Of a stretch of DNA of 64,000 nucleotides, positions 62,630 through 64,000 are shown piece by piece. Location: assembly GCA_963741955.1 (NCBI GenBank), contig CAVUKB010000007.1, forward strand, positions 28,246 to 92,245, written 5' to 3'. The translations under genes were made by a program, and so were the position numbers. The notes beneath the pieces were generated by a model, which did not search any database, was not told the DNA's origin, and saw only the letters and a list, made by a program, of their open reading frames with translations. Within the stretch, counting starts at the first letter, position 1. The number at the start of each line of letters is the position of its first letter. The stretch is from an uncultured Acidobacteriota bacterium. GTDB lineage: Bacteria; Acidobacteriota; Thermoanaerobaculia; Gp7-AA8.

Positions 62630-63802
62630 GTGAGAAATTTCGATGTCGCGATCGTCGGCTGCGGGCCCGCGGGAAACATCGCCGCGTGGCATCTTGCTGC
62701 ACGCGGAGTGGAGGTCGCCCTTCTCGAACGGGCCACCCTGCCGCGTCCGAAGACGTGCGGTGGCGGACTCTCACGCAAGACCCTCGAGGAGATTCCCTAC
62801 GACATCGATCCGGTCGTGGAGTCGGAGATCGAATCCGCATTCGTGACCAGCGGAGGCTCGACGTTTCTGCAGTCGAAAGAGCGGATCGGAGTCACGGTCT
62901 GCCGCGACAGGCTCGATTCATACATGGCCCGCCAGGCCGTCGAGAAGGGGGTTACGCTGCTCGAGTCGTGTACCCTCGAGAGTTTCAGCATCCGCCGGGA
63001 TCACGTCCGGCTCGAGACCTCACGCGGGGCATTCTCCGCCGGCGTTCTGATCGGCGCGGACGGCGTCTACAGCGGAGTACGCCGTGCACTCGACACCTCA
63101 TGCTCCCCTTTCTTCGCTCCCGCCATCGAGGCGCTGGTCTATGTCGAGCCGGCGCGCACCGGGCTCATTGACGGCGGCTGCATTCTCGATTTCGACGCAA
63201 TCCCCCATGGTTATGGCTGGGTGTTTCCGAAGCGGGATCATTACAACGTCGGACTCTATCGCTACCGGAGAAGCCGGGGCGGTCCCGGAATGCGGGGCAT
63301 GCTGCAAGCCTTCATCGAGCGCTTTCCCCAACTCCACTCCCCTCTCCGGGTCGTGACCAGGGGATATTCGATTCCGGTGCGGCGTGCGGCGACCGTGGTC
63401 GATCCCGGAGGCGTTCTTCTTGCCGGCGATGCGGCCGGGCTCGCGGAAAACGTCTATGGGGAAGGAATCTGTTTCGCTGTGCGAAGCGGGAGACTCGCCG
63501 CCGAAACCGTAGCCGCAACACTCGGCGGATCCGGCGATCTTTCCGAATATGCGCACCGACTGCGGCCGCTGATGCGTGAGCTGGCGCTCTCCAGGTTCAC
63601 CGCCTCGCTGGTGTATGCGGGCTCTCCGGGAATGCGACGGCGTCTCTCCCGCTCCGGACCGATCAGCCGCCGTTTCACCGGTCTTCTCACCGGAGACAAC
63701 GGCTACGCCGCATGTCTGATCGGAACGGCGGCATGTCTTCCGTTCGCGCCGCTCCTTCCGCAGAACCGTGAACAGAGGTCTCCTCTCGATCTGCAGACGT
63801 GA
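62630..63802 (+). CDS. FAD-dependent oxidoreductase, geranylgeranyl reductase family
   Basis: DVAIVGCGPAGNIAAWHLAARGVEVALLER Rossmann motif and KTCGGGLS. Start ambiguous: TTG at 62600 or GTG at 62630. Confidence 0.7.
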   Translation: MRNFDVAIVGCGPAGNIAAWHLAARGVEVALLERATLPRPKTCGGGLSRKTLEEIPYDIDPVVESEIESAFVTSGGSTFLQSKERIGVTVCRDRLDSYMARQAVEKGVTLLESCTLESFSIRRDHVRLETSRGAFSAGVLIGADGVYSGVRRALDTSCSPFFAPAIEALVYVEPARTGLIDGGCILDFDAIPHGYGWVFPKRDHYNVGLYRYRRSRGGPGMRGMLQAFIERFPQLHSPLRVVTRGYSIPVRRAATVVDPGGVLLAGDAAGLAENVYGEGICFAVRSGRLAAETVAATLGGSGDLSEYAHRLRPLMRELALSRFTASLVYAGSPGMRRRLSRSGPISRRFTGLLTGDNGYAACLIGTAACLPFAPLLPQNREQRSPLDLQT

Positions 63803-64000
63803 CCCCTGGCCCCAATGGCCCGAACTTAAGGGGCGCTGTGGGTGTTCACAGAGCAGATGCGTGGAGTTACTGCGCATCTGCCGCAGGTGTCGTCTCGTTG
63901 TGTTCTGAAGGCGATCTGCGCGGCCACGGCGGGAGCCGTGGCGCCCCTCGGAGAGGGGATCGTTCGCTGCCCAGCGAGCTCGCGCCGACTCCCGGCTGCG

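Noticed and set aside
60935-62692. 585-aa minus-strand ORF and overlapping plus-strand ORFs
   Set aside because: Alternative frames over the GGDEF cyclase gene, with no domain support.

Overview
This is a high-GC (~68%) bacterial chromosomal segment with about 45 protein-coding genes on both strands. Its taxonomic origin is uncertain. No rRNA, tRNA or CRISPR array was found.

**Main content, in order along the window**
- A 5'-truncated secreted nuclease (lamin-tail domains plus a DRGH-type DNA/RNA non-specific endonuclease) at the window start.
- A 183-bp tandem repeat array, about 4.6 copies.
- A long-form isocitrate lyase and a glutamate dehydrogenase.
- Two translationally coupled paralogous genes encoding proteins with PEP-synthase-type ATP-binding domains. 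The second also carries a GAF-like sensor domain and a minimal nucleotidyltransferase domain.
- A selenocysteine-containing formate dehydrogenase operon (fdhD divergent from fdhA-fdhB-fdhC), with an in-frame TGA and a SECIS hairpin.
- Signal peptidases I and II, a MacAB-type efflux module, and several transporters.
- DNA glycosylase, thioredoxin and peptidases.
- Several c-di-GMP proteins: one PilZ, one GGDEF-EAL and one GGDEF.

**Accessory features**
- A family of about 161-bp MITEs whose 16-20-bp terminal inverted repeats match those of a complete IS1182-like insertion sequence present in the window.
- A second 179-bp TIR-bounded element that always sits immediately 5' of an A-type element.
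- An anomalous AT-rich repeat island inside the fdh operon.

**Best candidate for something undescribed:** the tandem ATP-grasp dikinase-like module fused to a GAF-like sensor and a nucleotidyltransferase.

Many long six-frame ORFs antisense to these genes are high-GC artefacts and were rejected.
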